NCBI GenBank assembly: GCA_002633005.1
Contig: NMRA01000046.1
Coordinates: 52,926 to 116,925, forward strand
Reading direction: 5' to 3'
From: Phoronis australis
Taxonomy: Eukaryota > Animalia > Phoronida
Length of the DNA: 64,000 nt
Shown here: positions 60,845 to 64,000 of the stretch, piece by piece
Position numbering within the stretch: position 1 is the first letter of the stretch
Layout: every line of letters begins with the position of its first letter
The notes under the pieces: model-generated
The model's input: only the letters and a program-made list of their open reading frames with translations
Databases searched by the model: none
What the model was told of the DNA's origin: nothing
Made by a program: the position numbers and the translations under genes

Positions 60845-63789
60845 TATTGGTGTGTAACACTTGAATAGTTATGACTAAAATTTTTAAGATATCAATAAAA
60901 TATAAATACTGAAACAAAGCAATTACTCGTCTACCATCTTGATATTATCATTTTGGCGATTGAACTCGAAAGGCGCTCGTTAAAAATCAATGAGCTTTCG
61001 GCGAGCGCGTCATTTAATAGCGAAACTTAACGCAAAGCTGACGCTAGCGTGACTGGGATTATGTTAAGATTTTAAGCGATATCTATATAACACGATGAAA
61101 GCCTGCCTACTTCTATTACTAAGTCATTAGCATGCGAGGCAAGTTTGCCTAACTGGGCCGTGAATTCTCATGGGTCAGCTTAGAGGTAATTTATTAATAA
61201 TTGTCCGCTGTCTACCGCTTATATGACATTTTCAACTTAAAGCAGCCTATTTGTGTACCTGTAAGTACATGAAAAAATGTTAACTGGCTTTTAATTGTCA
61301 TTGCGCAGAAAGTTGTTTTAGGGTTTCTAATAGTACTTGCGTTCATGAGCATAAATTTTGTGAAGAAAATGCATTATATTGTATATTGGCCTAAATACAA
61401 GCTATACGCAAGACGAATGAGAACATAAGTCAATATTTTGGAGTCAATAATTTCGATATTGACATCTGATACCTCATTTTAACGGACGCTTTGGTAACGG
61501 TGCTTTAATTCCCTTTAAAAAGTTTGATGGTGGTGATCCAAAGATGAAATTGATTCTACCTTGACACAAAGTTTTTGCGGAGAAAACCTTCAAAATGTGA
61601 AATGATTGTTTTTTCAATGTCATCTTTAGGCCACCTTAAAGACGAAATTTCCGTCCTTAATGAATTCAAATTTATTGTTTAAAGTAAGTGAAACTGTCCA
61701 AACTTCTATTTGCCTATTGCTTGGTGTCACTGTGAAATTTGATGCCGCGTGCCATTATTAAAAGCCATAATAACAAAAATTCTATTCATGATCGGCATTT
61801 TTCAATTTAATAACCTGTCTTGTGAAATTGAGTATAGTATTTGTTTAAATGTTTTTATATATTAGCCAATGTCATAAAACAACGACTCTTTGGCAAACCA
61901 TGCTGATACGCCATTAGGCCTACTGTACACTAAGAGCGTGCACGGCGATTGTGTTGACCATAGATATCTAAACATTTTTAGACATCTATTGTGCTGACAC
62001 GGAGCTTAGGATCGAATCGATAAATTAAACCAAATAAATTTTTTGCGACATATATTGTGGCACTTGACACATAATGTTGCAGGGCGACAGTGCGACAATA
62101 TATGTCGGCAACATCGAAACATATTGCCGACCGGGCGGCAATATGTGTCATCGTTCACGGCATATATTGTCGCCCCCTGAAAGTATCTACCTGTAACTAA
62201 ATTGCATGTCTGTACATGAAGACCTACGCAATACTACGTGTAAGCCTCAACGAAGGCATCTGCGAATCCAAACTTTGAGGATCCTGATAGCAGGGGTGAA
62301 AGTAATGACTTTGTTTTTGGGGAGGAGGGTGTCTGACGTAATTTGCCCAAATTTTTGCTGTGTGCAAAAGCCAAATACGCCAGGAAATGTCATCTGACAA
62401 GCTTGATTTTGAGAACAAATATACTACCGTTTAAGCGCATATGTACAATCTACGGACATGTGCTTATGTCCGAAGTAATTTTTTTTTCAAAGAAAATTGT
62501 TTACGTAAGTGTATCGCTTATAGGGGCAGATAAGTGTCCATTGTACAGGCCTTACTGTAGAAACAGTCACACGCATTGTCCTAGGAAAAATATTACGGTT
62601 ACGTAGGAATCTAGAAAATAGCCAGATTTGGCTATTTTTAGAACATGACATCTCAAAAATGGCTGATGAGATTCACATGAATCTTCCAGATACATAGGGT
62701 TTATGCACTGATCTACAAGGAATTATTTTTCGCTTTTGTATGAAAAGCTGCCAAAAATAGTATTTTTTATGATTTTCATAAAAAAATTCAAATGTAGCGT
62801 AAAACGGAAATGAAAGGACCATTTACAAAACTGCAGCAGCGTTCTTGAGATTTCATTTTGAACATTTTTAAGAAATGAAATTTGACCATGTTATTGATAC
62901 CATTGTTTTGCAACTTTATTTTTTGCTTAACTTTCCTAAAAAGACATGTTAACATGACTCAATTAATGGCACATTGGTAAAAAGTAAAAACTTAAACTCT
63001 ACAGGTTTTCGACTGTGAGAAAATATAATACATTTACTGCGTTAGGATCTATAGTTATGCAGCTATTTGGCTAAGTACGCTGACTTCTCGATAAGATCCC
63101 ACCTAACCTTTACGTTTTTATATTTGAAAATTTTGAAAAAAGTACTACATTGTCAATTTAATCGAGATTTAATTAATTAATAAGGTTCGGAAGAAAATTA
63201 AGGGAATGTTTGAAAAAAACATTTAATTGACCTCTCCTAAACAAAACCTGGGAAACTGCCAAACAGTTTTCAACTGAACAACAAATTGAAATCATTGTTA
63301 AAAATGTAGAATGTTTAGGCGCACTATACAAGCCTACAGGTATATCATTGCCGACATAATTTACAACATTCTTCGAGCCGATTAGCTGAGAATACTTTTT
63401 AAAATAAATGGGATGCGCCAATTTTCGGTATTCCGTGCTATCATATGGCTTTGCTCAATGGTTCGCGCATATACATATGCGCCTAATTTCAGATACAAGC
63501 ACAGCTTTAAATATTGCCGCATGGGTCAAAATACGCGCATATACGGTTGTGATCTTACGTTAAATAAAAAAGCCCAAGGTCCGCCAAAGAAAAGAACTTA
63601 TGATTTATACTTGCACTTAGCACTTTAAGCTTGGTTTCAACTAGTGCATTTCTCAGACGAGAAGTGTTTTCTAAGTTTCTAAAACTGGCAGTTCGTTATT
63701 CTCTGAGACCATGACCGACGCATGAAAAGACGGACCGTGACAAGCCAATTTGTAGACACTTGCCTCAAGCAATGACGAACTATCAATTC

Positions 63790-64000
63790 ACCTATCCACC
63801 CATCCATCCACGCACCCAACCACCCATCAATCCATCCACCCTCCACACATCCATCCATCCATCCATCAACCCACTCATCCATACATCCAACCATCCACCT
63901 TTCCATCCATCCATCCATCCATCCATCCACCTTTCCATCCATCCATACATCCATCCATCCACCTTTCCATACATCCATCCATCAATCCATCCATCCATCC
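63790..64000. repeat. (CCAT)n microsatellite
   Basis: Seen directly; explains the WMDG ORFs. Confidence 0.97.

Overview
AT-rich metazoan genomic DNA, probably from an invertebrate (mollusc-like is an inference). It has spliceosomal-type splice signals, assembly gaps and no operon structure. The window is gene-poor and dominated by decayed transposable elements. Retroelements: a CR1-like LINE (- strand, ~20.8-23.3 kb), an RNase H-bearing I-group LINE with a (GAA)n tail (+ strand, 24.5-27.3 kb) and a Penelope GIY-YIG fragment. DNA transposons: an Academ remnant with intact TIRs and the C-terminal Cys-rich domain, a THAP+DDE (ISL2EU/Harbinger-type) remnant, and four more decayed THAP exons between 38 and 54 kb. 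There are also many non-autonomous elements with readable TIR/TSD signatures (5-bp TSD hAT5-like, 6-bp TSD IS3EU-like, 10-bp TSD Mutator-like, TTAA Kolobok-like, foldbacks), plus mini- and microsatellites. The only candidate host gene is a spliced 5' end on the - strand near 1.5-1.7 kb. I found no CRISPR array, rRNA, intact tRNA or intact long ORF, and I cannot support a claim of a new biological system. All family assignments come from reading motifs by eye, not from database searches.
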